Source: Rhizodiscina lignyota
Lineage: Eukaryota
Direction of reading: 5' to 3'
Length of the DNA: 64,000 bases
Assembly: GCA_010015805.1 (NCBI GenBank)
Contig: ML978123.1
Location: 2,046,001-2,110,000 of the forward strand
Part shown: in pieces, positions 1-13,289 of the stretch
Numbering within the stretch: position 1 is the stretch's first letter
Layout of the letters: the number at the start of each line of letters is the position of its first letter
The notes under the pieces: generated by a model
Seen by the model: only the letters and a program-made list of their open reading frames with translations
The model's database searches: none
What the model was told of the DNA's origin: nothing
Translations under genes and position numbers: made by a program

Positions 1-389
1 GATAGGGCTCTTTAAGTCAATAGATTCGACCATCAAGGTCATATGTTTTGAAGCGACCCGTTGAGAGAGCTGTCACAAATGACAGAGCTCGGAGGTCCGT
101 GGGAAGCTGGCCTGGCAGCCTTGCTCGCTCGCCCAGGCGGCGGGGACCTCGACCTGTCGACCGCACAACAACCAGAGGAATACTTTCACCCACTCTCTTC
201 CAATCCTCACAACCACCTCCCATCGCCTCGCTCAGCGCACTTCCACGCTAGCTGGCCCCCATGATATGAGCGCCAACGCTGGGCACGGCTCTTATTTGTG
301 TCGTGCGGCGTGGTAAACGCCCACCGACCACCCCCGAACCCCTCAGTCACCTCCGAAACCACTCTTCAATCCCATCAACTTTCCTCAGC

Positions 390-3300
390 ATGGCGCATCC
401 ACAGGCGCGCGAGCCTGCGGCTCCCTCGCACCTCGTCGAGCCTCTCGTTCCCGATATCGCGTCCTCAGCATACACACCTGGACTCATCGCGCGACTGTTG
501 GAGGATGATCACTACCACGGCAAGAGGAAGAGGCCTCAACCTACCAAGAACGTACGCGTCGTACAGCCCATCTCAACGCATCACAATCATAGTGGCAGCG
601 TCAATTCTCATGCCCCAATGTCGCCGATGGATACGCTCGCCGACACCGCGCTGGGCACCAGCCCGACATACGGACCCTTCGCACGTCGACCTTCGGAGGT
701 GATCGCATCTTCCGCTCCGCCCAGTCAATGGTCGCATGGCAATGCGTATACATCTCTTCCAATGCCTAATACCTCTTCCCTTCCCTACAGCGAGCGACCA
801 GCGAAGCGAGCACGCTCCGAAGCCCTACCGTCTCCGCACCAATATCAGACGCTCTCGCGACCCGCCACCAGTCACAACCCTTCCTTTGGTATACAACACA
901 ATGTTGAGCAGGCCATTGATAATGGCCATAGGATAAGACAACCAAGTCAGACGGAGCTTGAGATTGGCGAATTCTTGACTTCGCTCGCGAGGACGAGATA
1001 TGAGGGTGGCCCCGCAACTCCTCAGGCCAGCCAGGTGACTCCCAGCGCTGCCTGGCAGGCATTTCATCAGGAAGCTTCGGTGTATACAAATGCATCCGCA
1101 CCAGTTCCCACGTATACTGCCCACGATGCCTTAGTGGACAGCCAGTTTGGAGCAAATTCGACGCATGTCTTTCAGCAGTACGACCACTCCCCGCTGAACA
1201 TGGATGACTTTGGAGCATTTGGTCCAGAGCATCCATCGAGCACCTTCCACGAGGAATCATCCGTTCGCACTGCTCAGACGCATACTCCCCCGGAGGAGAA
1301 ACTTCCTGCGCCTACACCCACGGAGATCATGCAGACAGACGCGCAGAAAACCAAAGCGAAACAGAAGAGCAAAGCTCCCAAGAGCCGCGCATCCACAAGT
1401 AGAAGACAAAGCAGGGTAGATAAACAGAAGGCAAGAATCTCACTGGAGCCACCACAGCAGCTGGAGTCCCCTCAGAGCCTGCTCGTCGACTATACTGAAG
1501 GACCAACCACTGAGAGTGGCCTTTTGTCAAGCGAAGTAACGACTGAGAACCAGGAGACCTTGGAACGACCTGTGGTTCAGAGGCGACGCTCTGTCTCCGA
1601 CTTACCCTCTTCACTGATGATCCCAGGCAGCACAGTCCGATCCGTTTCTGTGCCCCCCAACGGTGTGCTAGCAGAAATGGGGCTTCCTCTAGATATAGGT
1701 ATGGAATATAAGACCCCCAAACATCGAAAGGGTCGAAAGCTTCAGCAGACTACAGTGTGCGGATCTTGCAATTACTCACCGAACGCCGTCACTGGCGAGA
1801 TGGAATCGTGGCTACAGTGCAATGGATGCAAGAGTTGGTTCCACTACATCTGCGCCGGCTTCAAGAACGAACGTGAGGTGAGGACCGTGGACAAGTTTCA
1901 CTGCAAAGACTGCAAGCCGAAATTCGGCCCTACCACTCGTAAGAGCGCCTCTACGCGTAATGCCTTTATGTTTGCTAACGTCATCAAGGTGTCCGACAAT
2001 CGGCACGCGCACACAATTCCATCGACTACGCGAAATTGCAGGATGGTGAATATCAGACTGCAGACGATGTTCGAGAGCATCGTTATATTGCTCCGATAAA
2101 GTACGGCGAGTTTTCATTTACGCCGGAGACTTTTCCAAGAATGCCACCAGAGCTGGTGACTGCGGAGTACTTCCAGAAATGCAGAGCGATGACTGAACCG
2201 ATCGTTATCCCGGCTTCGTTGAACCCTCGACCAAAATTCCCCGGTACCGAAGAGGACACTCCTCATATTGACGAGCCTATGCTTGACGCGCTCGTTGATG
2301 GAGAGATGGAGATGGAGATTGAGATTCAACAAGAGCGAGTCCCTGATGTCGGTCAAGATAAGCTGGGTATGGTCATTCCACAAGGCCTCACGGTCCGCAG
2401 AGTAGCAGAGCTCTATGGCAAGGAAGAAAAGCTGCCTGTTATAGACGTCAAGTCTCAAGAATCTCAGGACTGGAAACTATCCAAGTGGGCCGATTACTAC
2501 GAGGATGAGACGGAGAACAAGCCGGTCCGGAATGTCATCAGCTTGGAGGTATCCAGAAGTAGGCTTGGGAGGCTGATCAGACGGCCGGATGTTGTGCGCG
2601 ACCTTGACCTTGCCGACGCTGTGTGGCCTGTGGAGGATGGATCCCCTCCGAAAGTCCAATTCTACGTCCTCATGTCTGTGACAGACTGTTTCACAGATTT
2701 CCACATTGATTTTGGTGGGTCCTCGGTGTACTATCACATCCTGAAGGGGAAGAAGACATTCTTCTTCATCCCTCCGAAGAAGTCCTACCTCAAGCAATAT
2801 GAGGATTGGAACAAGACTCAGTCGCAGCATCATGTCTGGCTTGGGAATGAGACGAAAGAGTGCTATCGTGTCGACCTCTCCGAAGGTGACACTATGTTGA
2901 TTCCTTCTGGCTGGATTCACGCTGTTTGGACACCGGAAAACAGCTTGGTCATTGGCGGCAACTTCTTGACCAGACTCCACTATGGCAACCAGATCCGCAT
3001 CGCGGAGATTGAGAGAAATACCAAGGTCGCTCAGAAGTTCCGATATCCCAACTTTCAAAAGGTCATGTGGTTCGCAGTTTTGCAGTATCTGAAGACAGAC
3101 CCACTGCCCCCGTATGTCGAAGCCATCCTTATGGAAGGGAAGCAATTCCCTCGCGAAGCCCCGATATGGCGCGAGTACAACAAGTTCGGCCACAACTCGG
3201 ATCCTGGAAGGGAGTACTATAACGCCCGCTACTATTCCCAAGCGGAGCTGGATGGTCTGCCTGAACTCGTCAGCTTCATCTTCCGTACTGTCATGATTAT

Positions 3301-5257
3301 GCTTGGACGAGTCGACGGTGTAACAGTAGATCAACAGAAAGCTGTGATTAGATCCATCCCCAAGCAGCGTCACGATATGTTAGGAGACGGAAGCTACGAG
3401 CCGTTGAACAATGCGCGCCTGTTCGCGATGTGGGTGGCTTGGAAGCGTGGCAATGAAAATATTCCGGAGTGGGCGTATCCCGATGCTGCACTTCCTGAGC
3501 GGGATCCAGTGCACAGTGGAAAGAAGCTGAGCGTCGCCGCACTTCGGAGAATGGAACGTCAGAAGGCCCTTGAGTTGCACCACGCTGTCAACCCTGATAT
3601 CAGATCTGCGAGGCAGCGCTCGAAAGCGCTGAACAACAGCAACGACTCACGCGCTAGCACGCCTGCTGCGTTCAATCCGAATCACTTCGCTTCTCCAAAG
3701 AATTCTGTGCTTGGACCGAAGCGTAGTGCATGCGATGCCTGTAGGAGGAGGCGGGTCGGCTGCAAGCATAAGGATGAAGTTCGTGACGCTCTCTTGATCA
3801 ATGGGCAACGCCTCTTCGAATTCGTCGCTCCTGGTGCCAGTTCCGGCTCTGACTCCAATGACAATTCCAATGCCATTGTCGACGCCAACGCGAGCTCTGC
3901 TTCTACTAGCACCACGGGACCCACTGCCACCACTGGTACCATTGGTACCATTGGTGCTCGCACATTGGTCGCAGTTGAGATCCCTGCTCGAGTCCCTGTT
4001 CCGGAGTCAGACTTGACTGCTGCCGCCCCTGTGGCCACTCCTGAGCGTCCGGCAACCAACTCAGTGAATGTTACGGCGACTCCTATGACCAGCGGTGGAT
4101 CAAGGAATAAGGCCTGTGCGAATTGTCGCAAGAGCAAGGTATGTATTTGTCATGACAAACAACATAGTCCGGGAGAAATGCTGACCTACTCCAAGCGAAA
4201 GTGTCTGCACGATGAGAACGGCAATCTCGATCTATCCAAACTCGCCGAGTCGTCGAGGCCCCGTGTCTTTAACAAGAAACGCAAGAGCGAGGCAGGTGGC
4301 GTACCGGAGTCTAAGAAGGTCAAGAAGGGGGTTACCGCTGCAGCAGATGTGCCGGAGGACTCTGTCATCAATGTTACTGCGCCGGCTACCTTCAAGCCAG
4401 AGCAGCAGGCTTCGACTCTGGATGCGATGGATGGAGTTCAGTTTCCAGTGCCAGGCGCCCCCAGTGTCCACCTTGGAGATCCGTTTGTTGATGTGTCTAT
4501 TGCGGGAGCCGTCGTGGCGGAGCCAGCGACTCAGCCTACTCCGTCAATTGCCATCAATGACTCTATTGAGGTGCCTATCCCCGTTGACGCTGAGACGAAT
4601 ACCATGGAAGTTGATGGGTGGCCCACAGCCCAGGACAGCATTGTACTGGACAACGCTTATGAGGGAAACGGTGTATTCCCGGCGTCATCCTCTGTCGTGC
4701 CCCCAGCCAATTCCATCGGAGACGTTCAAGAGTCAGTCACCGACATCCGTCAAGAATTGGCCGATACTCTAGTCGAGCCTGCCCTGCTGGCCCAGTCTGG
4801 TCCAGTTCCCCCTGTGGACAACCAGGCAGTCACGACTCCTATGAAGAACCCACCACCCATCGCTCTTACATCCCCTCTCTCCGAGATCAGTGCCCCCGCT
4901 TCTCCAGTCATAGCTGTCCGCCCGTCAACCAGTAACGGCTACGTCAACGACCGCGGCAAGGATCACGACACTATCCTCGTCAATGACGCTTCCTCCATTG
5001 CTCCTAGCTCGCTTCTCGTCAATGGATTCGGTGTTGTAGCGGGCAAGAGCAAGAGCATGTCGCCCGGCTTTATGCGCAAGAAGGAGCCCGGCGTGCGCGA
5101 GCGCCGCGCGAGCACCAACGCCAAGGACGACGTCCGCGTCAAGCGGGAGACGACCGGCGACGGTGGATCTCCGACTGTGCGGGAAGAGGATGCGAGTGTA
5201 CGTCTTGCGAAGATGCTGCAGGGTGAGGAGTTTGGGCTCAGGCGGAGGAGCCGGTGA
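390..5257 (+). CDS. JHD1: JmjC domain histone demethylase with PHD finger (JHD1/KDM2-like); introns 1939-1988 and 4139-4195
   Basis: PHD motif CGSC...WLQCNGCKSWFHYICAG...FHCKDC. JmjC motifs FTDFHIDFGGSSVYYHILKGKK and MLIPSGWIHAVWTP. GTAAGA..CTAAC..AAG intron joins ORF 303-2099 to ORF 2036-5257 in frame (TTR|VRQSARAHNSIDYAKLQDG). Two C-terminal C-x2-C-x6-C-x-H motifs. First in-frame ATG at 390. Confidence 0.92.
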
Positions 5258-6117
5258 GTGCCCTTCGTTCTTGCCAAGGCTTGGAACGTGGAGCACGATG
5301 ACGATGCTCCTCGCTTTCATTTGTTATGACTGTGTTTTCTTCTCTTCCTTTGTTGGTTGCTTTCTCCTTGGCTAATGGCACGATGTATCATGAGGATGAG
5401 GATGGGGAGTAACAAGGCGTCGCTAATGTGGGAGGGTGTGTGTCCCCTTCGGCTCTCGATGTTGCATCATTTCGCTGTGTACTTTGCCAGGAGATGATGC
5501 TCGCACCGGGCAGGGAGGGCACACGATGGGACGTTCACTTCTACTTTGATGTTCCTGGTGTTCACGGTTTCAAGTGGGGATGACTTATTTTTTCTTCTCC
5601 TTTTTGCACTCGAATGTCTCTCGGTTCAAGCATTTGAACAGACTTCAGGGACCTATTCTGGGAGCGACGGATGGCTCGGGCGGAGGTCCCTGGCTCTCGC
5701 TTTTCGGTGCTACTTCATGCATTCACTCAGGAGCTTTGGTGCAGGAGTCTCTGTTTCATCCACGATTTTTGCTCCTTTCGGGATTTTCCCTTCTACATGT
5801 ATTTCGACCGCCGAGCAGTCGAAAGTTCTTATTTTTCCCTTAGTAAGGTTCGCTGGCACTTCTTTGCTTTCAACGTACGAAGCATACTCGGTTGCGCGAG
5901 GTCACCAAGGGGGCACGTTTTGATCGATAAAGCAGTGGAGTTTCCCAAGATCTTATAATAAAAAATCCAATCTGAGAGAAAGCTTTCTCGCCTATAGGGT
6001 ATTTACTCGTCATGCCTTTGTTTGCTTGCTTTGCCATTTCGTGATCGCTCCTTGAAAAACACGCCAGCAGAAAGGGAAGACCTAGTCATCATCAAAGAAC
6101 AGCTGCGAAGAGGAAAA

Positions 6118-6153
6118 GTAAAGTAAAAGTAAAAGTGGAAGCAGAAGCAGAAG
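6118..6153. repeat. Short simple repeats GTAAA(A) x3 and GAAGCA x2-3 in the region between convergent genes
   Basis: gtaaagtaaaagtaaaagtggaagcagaagcagaag read directly. Confidence 0.6.
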
Positions 6154-6336
6154 TTCGTCAAAAGTCGTAAAGTCGTGGTCATAACCTTCTCTTCTCCACC
6201 GGCCATTAGCGAATTTCGAGAGATACAGTCTCGGCCGCACCCAGGGGCACAATTTTATTTTGAAACCTTTCATCAAACCATCATATCCAATCTGCGTAAA
6301 GGGAAAAAAGTAAAAGCGGAAAAGCAGAAGCAATCG

Positions 6337-9326
6337 TTACCGACGCCGGCGCGGACTCGATGACTCTCGGCTGCCCGAGGGGACAAGCAAGTCCTCTGCG
6401 ACGCGTTGGAAGATCTTGCCCGCGCTCTTCCGGCCCGCAAGGAAATCTTCAACAGCGGCAGCCAGCGGATCAACGGCTTCGCCGCCAGCGCCGGCCCTCT
6501 TGCGGCCGTGTTGATCGAAGCGGGGTGGCAGGTCGATCGTCTCGCCCGAGTCTTGCGAGTCCGGACTGCCGTCGCGTCTTCTGGGTCGGGAGGAGCGGTA
6601 GTCGTGTGCAGAGTCGCTGCGGGAACGGTGGTGTCGGGACGAGGAGGCTTCGGGTTCGGAGTTGCGGCGGTGGTGAGAATCAGATTTGTGCGAGTGCGAG
6701 TGTGAATGGTGGCGGTCATCAGAATGAGAACGGGGCGTTTGCTCGGTGCTGCTGTCCGGGAGGTCGAATTTCACCGACTTGGGCGTGCTCGCGCCGGTAG
6801 GTATCGGGCTGGGCGATCTTGTCGAGTCCGTCGGTGCCGGAGGGACGAGCGTCGGAATCGTGTGCGGCTCCTGTGGCGGTGGGTAAGGTTCAGTTATACC
6901 ATCTGATGCGACGCTACGTGTTAGTAAGGCACGTTCAGAAGGATTGACCCAAGGGTTCCCCGATAAGCACCCACCAGACACTGCATGCGAGTGCTCCGAT
7001 GCAGGCGCGAAATCAGCGACACTCACATTCTCAGGATTGTGCGGATAGCCGCCTTGATTTGGAGGTCCTGGCGTGGGAGCACCCGGATTGCCATAATACT
7101 CCTGCGCCGGGCTGTGCATGCCAGGGTCGCGCGCTTGCTGGTAGTACTGCTCGGGGCCTGGCATCGTCGGGCCGGCCTGCGGTGGATAATCTGCAGGATT
7201 GTACGGCTGTGTATGGTAGGCGGAGTCGAAAGATGCGTTGGGGTTTGCTGAGATGCCTTGGACTGGGGGTGGAGCGTTGTAGGCTCCTGGAGGGTATGGA
7301 GATGGGGCGGAGGGTGGTGGAGGTGGAGGGAATTGGTTTGTAGCAGGATAGTACTGCATGGGATCGATGTACTCGTCATGAGGTTGACTTCCTTCCTCCT
7401 CACGGCCTGATTATTGTTAGTGAGTATGTCATAGTAACTGAACTTCTGTGACTTACGTCGTCGCTCTTTCTCCTCCTTCTTCCTCTCCCGTCTCTTTCTT
7501 GCCTCGTTCATGGCCAGGCCAGTCACACCGGCGGCAGCAGCAGCCGTTGCAAGCTGGGCGCCTCGACTGTGGCTCCTACTCCGACTACCATGATGATGCC
7601 TGCGATCAGAGCCTGAACTCGACCTCGACCTTCCACGACTCCTCGAGCGCCTTCGACCTTGGTCGCTCGTGTAGAGGGGATCAGCGCCGTACTCTATCAA
7701 TCCAGCCTCCGCTCCAGCTCTAGGAGCAGAATATCCTACCGACCTGCTGCGTGACCTATCTCTGCTTACACTTCTGCTCCTCGACCTCGACAGTTCGCGC
7801 TCTACATGCCCTCGCTCCTTTGCTCGTGACTGGGATCTCTTCCTCTCCTGGTTGCCCTTGAACTTCTCGTACAGGCCAGCAACGGCAGCGCTGCCCAGGC
7901 CAGCCGCGACGATCGGAACGCCCTGTCGAACGCGGCTCTTCGACCTACCGCCTCTCGACCTGCTGCGATGCTCCGCCAAACCGGCAAGCGCCGCGCCAGC
8001 CAGACCCGCTTGGGCAATGCGACGGTTGCGATGATTGGGATCCACGTGCTTCTCAGAACCCGCACTTGCACTGCGTGAGCGGTCAGACGCACCAGAAACG
8101 GAATGCCTCCTGTGCCTCGATCTGCTGCGTCTCGGTTCTTTCTCGACGATAGTAGTAGTGTTGTTATTACGCTTGCCTGCTGCATACGCTGCAGCGCCGA
8201 GTGCAGCGATACCGGCCACAGCAAGAGCTGTGTTACGGTTCCGATGCGAGCTGCTCTTCCGGCGCCGGCCTCCGTCTCTACGGCCATCGCGGTCGTCGAA
8301 GAACTCTTCGAGGGATCGAGAACGTGAGCGATGGTCCCAAGCCTTGCGCGCACGAGACAGCGCCTCCGCGCCAACAGCACCGGCGGCAGCATAGCCGAGA
8401 GCTTGACGACCACGATGGCCCGGCTCTTCGCCTTGACGCTTGCGGTGGTGACGCATGAGAGCAGCGGCGCCCAAGCCAGCAATTGCACCTTCAGCTAGGT
8501 GACGTTTTGTGTGAGGGCTTTCATCGCGGTCATCCACTGTCTCTCTGCGCACGTAGAGTACATCATCGTCGCTGTATGCGCGCTCATCCTCCTTATCGCG
8601 CCGGCCACGGTCGCGGTCTTCCTCTTGGTAGCGACGTCTCGGACGGTCGACCTCTCGAGTCACGCGCTCGTAGTAATAATCTTCTTGTGGTGGAGGCGGT
8701 TGGGCAGGGACGATGGCAGAGCGCTCGTCGATTTCCGTCCTCTCGACAAGGTCGACCTTGTCCACTCGGTCGGGCTCGAATTCTCGTCTCACTACAACTT
8801 CCTGCTGACGAGGTTCTTGAATGATGATTGGCTGCGGCACGGTTTCGCGAATGATGATAGGTTGAGGCTCGGGTCTGGAGAAGTACTCGGTCGACTTGGA
8901 GTACTTTTCCAGATCGTACGGTCGGTGCGAGTGCGAGCTCAGCCTGTCGTACCTGTCGTCCCTTTCGTACCTGAATTCTCTCTCTCTAACCGGACTCGGA
9001 CTCCTGCTCTCTTCCCTCACAATCTTGATCCTGCGCTCCTCCCTCCTTGGCGACTGCTCCCGCTCTCGCTCAACAATGCGATAGCTCACAATGTCGCGAT
9101 CCTCTCGCTCCGGCGCCCGTTCGACTTCGCGTTCGCGCCGCACAATGCGCACTTCCTCGTCGCCGTGGCCATCGTCCTGGTAATCGATGACGGTGCGATC
9201 GGAGGCGGTGCTGCGCTCAGGGACTTTGTATCGGCGGACGGTGGTGTAGTGCTGAGGGCTGCGGCCGGAGCGGACGGACTCGGTGTCCCACTCGCGCTCG
9301 CGCTCCTTGACCACGTACGAGGACAT
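6337..9326 (-). CDS. DUF3824-type low-complexity Arg/Glu/Ser-rich fungal protein; intron 7407-7456, probable in-frame intron 6903-6974
   Basis: ORF 7023-9326 (RE-rich N-terminus, RSRSRS tracts alternating with AAGLGAAA-type segments) joins the Pro/Tyr-rich ORF 6337-7359 through a GTAAGT..CTAAC..CAG intron. C-terminal TIDLPPRFDQHGR segment recalled from this family. Family name is from memory, not a search. Confidence 0.7.
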
Positions 9327-11256
9327 GGTCGACGGGGCTTGCTCTTGGCGGGGTGGAGCGTGAGTGTGAGTCGAGGGTATTGTTGAGCTGGGCCTTTGGC
9401 GGTGATGGCTTCAAGTACTTGTTGCTGGTGCCGGTGACGTTACAAGTGTAGTCGTCGAGTGGCACGGCAGACGAGCGAATGAAGTGTTGCGCTGCAGGAT
9501 CCGTTGGTGGGGAATGGTTGTTAAGCGCAGAGGCGGGCGGATTGCGACGACGTAAGGTGGCCTCGCTCGCCTACTCCCGCAGGTGTACGTGAAGCGCGAT
9601 AACGTCCGGGTTGCACAACTGCGATGTTGTTGAGGTTTGCAAGTCGGCGGAAGAAAGACGGGCTGGCTCGACTGGGCAGCGGGAAGGAGTTGGTTTCCTT
9701 GCTTTGGTCGATGGATGGTGAGCCGTGAGAGGTGCGAGAGCGAGAGGCTGGCACGTCAGTCGAACAGTCCGCAGGGTGATGTCATCTGCCCGCCGAAGGG
9801 AGCTGAATCATCGAGTGCTATCAAAGCGCACGGGCGGCAGCAAATGGGAGTGAAACAGTCACAAGCAGCAAACACTTGCAGAGCGTGTGTGGGGTGTTGC
9901 ATCTCCTAATTAAATAATCACGCTGGCGAGAGCCTTCCTCCCTTCCTTCTCCCCCAGCTGCGGCCGCAGCTACCGAGCACCGTCCGCTGCGGAAGGGGGA
10001 AAGAGCAGCCAGCTGTGAAGCGTCTCGCCTTCCGGTGAGGCCCACTTTGATCAGGCCATGCCTGCTATGCCCATATCCGCCAATCATGCTGGATGCGTCG
10101 CTTGTCTCGAAAATGTAGCTGTCGTGTTGTGCTGCGTGCATCTGTGAAGTGGTGTCCTCAGCCTTGCGGCGCGCCTCGACCAACTTGATGCCACAGCTCC
10201 CGGTCACCACGCACGTTCTATATCGTGTCATAGCCGCTTCAAATGCGCTTCCAGCGGTGAATGCACAGTCGCTGTCGCCACGAGCGCCGTGGAAAGAGCC
10301 GCATGTGTCCAGTCTCTCGTGCATGCGAATCGGCACGCTGGAAGCTTCTACCATTCTCGCCGACTGGCCCACACGAGGCTGACCAGGCAGCGAGATCCAT
10401 CATCCGCGGGCGATGCACTCGCTAATGCGGGTCATCGCGCCTTGCCTTTAACAGTACCCTCGTCTTGCCATTTTATGTCACACGCCTGTGGGTATCAGCT
10501 GCTCCGAAAGATTCCAGGGAAGAGGGAACTCCGAGTCGGCGTGATTGGGAGGGATGGGACTGGCTGGATTGTATATGTTCAAGACGACTCAAGGAAAGAA
10601 TAAATTCGTAAATCTCGTATATTCTGCTAAAATGACCTTTGAGGCACAGTATAATGTAGTAGAAAAAAGAAAGTAGGGTTCTGCAGGGGGAACTACACCG
10701 GTTGCTGAGCCCGCGTTCTGGAGGCACCCGGAGCTCATTAATCGAAACAACACGGTGTGCTGAGAACGGACTGGCAGAGCAGCTCATACTCTTCAAGTAA
10801 AAGGACATGTTAGGCTGAGAACGTCTCCTCTGCATTTGTAGCCTTCTTCTTTGCTTGCCACAGCATGTTCTAAGTGCATGCTGTCAGGTATGGTGTCGTC
10901 CTTTGGTGAAAGTTGTCCGATGTGTCAAGTGCGTGCCTTCTACTGAAGTAGCTGTCTCTGTTTGAATGCACACGATGTCACAGTGCTCGTTGTCAATATA
11001 GCTGGCTTTCTGTGTGCCTAAGGGCACAATATGCGGAACAGTCACTTCAAACTGCTCTAAGTAATGAGCAAAAAGGGGGCAGGGCTAATTCAGCCCAGAG
11101 TTGCATTTTAAATCCAGTTCTTCATTATTCATGAGATAACGTGTCAAGCGTAATACGTTCGGGCGTCACAGACGACCTCCCTAACCAAGATACAATGTAA
11201 ATATGTATGGTGATTCATCGAACCCACCATCCTCAAGCAATCCGGGACAGCCGAGT

Positions 11257-13289
11257 TCACGTCAACCCGATTACGCCCTGAGAATCACACTCCATTCCGA
11301 CAATCTTTTCGAAGTCCTGTAATCGTCAGCGAGAAACTCAAAAGATATGGGAAGATGTCAAAAGCATACCGGCGTTCCGAACCCGGTAACAGCATCCCAC
11401 CCTTCTCTCGCCGGAAAGCCTGCGGTATTACAGCCTATCGCACTGCCGTTCGTGACGTCGTTCATCGCCTCGAAGCCCCGCTGGTATAGCCACGGATTCA
11501 GGAAGCCCATAGGCGGCTTCCCTTGACTGATCAGCATATCGTTCACGAGCGCAATGACCGCCGCAAACGTGGGAGTGGCAGCCGAAGTGCCGTCCAAAAG
11601 AGTAGGGACCCCTTCCCAAATCACCACGAAGCTTTGGCCCTGCGCCGCGACGTCGGGGTACGCCCGACCGCTGCTGTTGAACTGGCCTTGGAACTGGCCG
11701 TTCAGGCTCTTCGTGTAACTGCTCACGACGGCGTCCTGGTATGACGGGCGTGGGAAGTAGTTCGAGAAGCCTCCTCCGCTGACGAATCCGTTGCCTTGAT
11801 CGAACGCGACAATTTCCGGTGCAAATTGCTGCGTGGCGCCGACGATCGTCACATATGGACAGCTCGCGGGAAAATTGGGCAGGAACATGGATGTGTTGCG
11901 CCCGTCGTTGCTGAAGCATGTGCCGTTCATCCCGACACCGGTGTCACCGCTCGCGAACAAAAGGGATACGCCTCGAGCGCCGAGCTGGGCCAGCTGGTTA
12001 CAGACGGTGATTGCGTAGGACATCGGGACGGACTGTTCATCGTCACCATACGAAGTTGTTATAGTCTGTGGAGGATTTTCGAGATCCAGCATGTAGTCTA
12101 GCCAATTCATATACGGTTCATTAGTATCAGTGGGAGTTCCCAGATCCATAATGACAGGTGCTCGGCCGCCTGTATTGTAAGCCTGGACCTTGGTCGGATA
12201 TGCAATACCGAAGACGTATTCTGCGTCGAGATTTCCTTCAAGACCGGTGCCATTGGCCTTCTCAGTGGGTGTGTCTGGGAATGTACTGTGGTCGATAGCA
12301 CCATTGATGAGGGTGACATTAAGTGAATAGCGCGCCGTGGTATCTGAGCGAAACTGGTTGAGGAAAAGTCCAATGTCTGATCGATTGTTGTATTCACCCA
12401 AATAGTTTGCGATGCCGATCATATTTTTATCCGCTGCCTGGACAGTATAGTTGCTTGTTTTGTACAGCGTGCGCAGGCAGTCCGGTACTATGGCCGATAC
12501 ATTGCAGACGTCTGCAACAGATGCTGTTGCCAGATCCACCTTTGGAGCAGCAAGGAGCGCAGCCTTTGCAGCCTCTGTCATTGGTGCCGTTTTCACTGTC
12601 CGCTTCTGTGGACGAGCTCGGAAGAACGAGGTTGTCGGTTGTATTGTTGGGATATGCTCGTGCAAACATGCTGGCAAAGACCACTCAGGAGCGCGCATTA
12701 TCTGAGTGCCGTCTTCGTGCCGGTAAATAGAGTATTTCGTCTGCAGCATCTTCTCAACCGCAGAGATAGGCAGAGTGATCTTCAATCGATCCTTAGCCGC
12801 ACTGTATGTTAGACGTTCCGCTCCATATCCATGGTCCGCGAGCCATGCGTGGACCAAATCGAGTGTCTCCGTGCTCGGTTTGATGAGTCGAGTTACGTCC
12901 CACTGAGACAGATGCTGGCCATAACGGACGTGCGAAGGATCGGATACTAAGCGTCACAAGTTGATCTGATTAGCAAAAGCCCTTCATATTCGTCCCTGCT
13001 GTGTAATGTCGGTGTGACCTGATCGCTGGTCCACAAGGATATAACTCATGTCTCATAAAGAGCTGGTTGACTTACCTTCATACAAATGCCTTTCAAGCTC
13101 TTCAAAGCGATCCTGCCTCAAAGATATCTGCAAACTGACCTTGCGGTGTGCTGGAGCAGGGCCTATGCGTCTCCACCCAGTTGGGACAATATGCTTCTCT
13201 TTCAGGAGATATGAGGAACGAGAAGAGAGAGCAGAAGCGATTACTAGATGACTCGCAGCAAGCCACGAAAGAAACACGAGGAAAAACAT
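11257..13289 (-). CDS. Secreted tripeptidyl peptidase / sedolisin (peptidase S53) with pro-domain; introns 12947-13075 and 11317-11369
   Basis: Signal peptide MFFLVFLSWLAASHLVIASA. Pro-kumamolisin-like LKEKHIVPTGW...HLYE|VSDPSHVRYGQHLS. Catalytic EGNLDAEY, SGDTG and GTSAATP. C-terminal GWDAVTGFGTP. Confidence 0.93.

Noticed and set aside
2477..3373. 298-aa minus-strand ORF
   Set aside because: Antisense to the JmjC domain; no independent evidence
8499..9386. 295-aa plus-strand ORF
   Set aside because: Antisense shadow of the low-complexity DUF3824-type gene; non-ATG start and no motif
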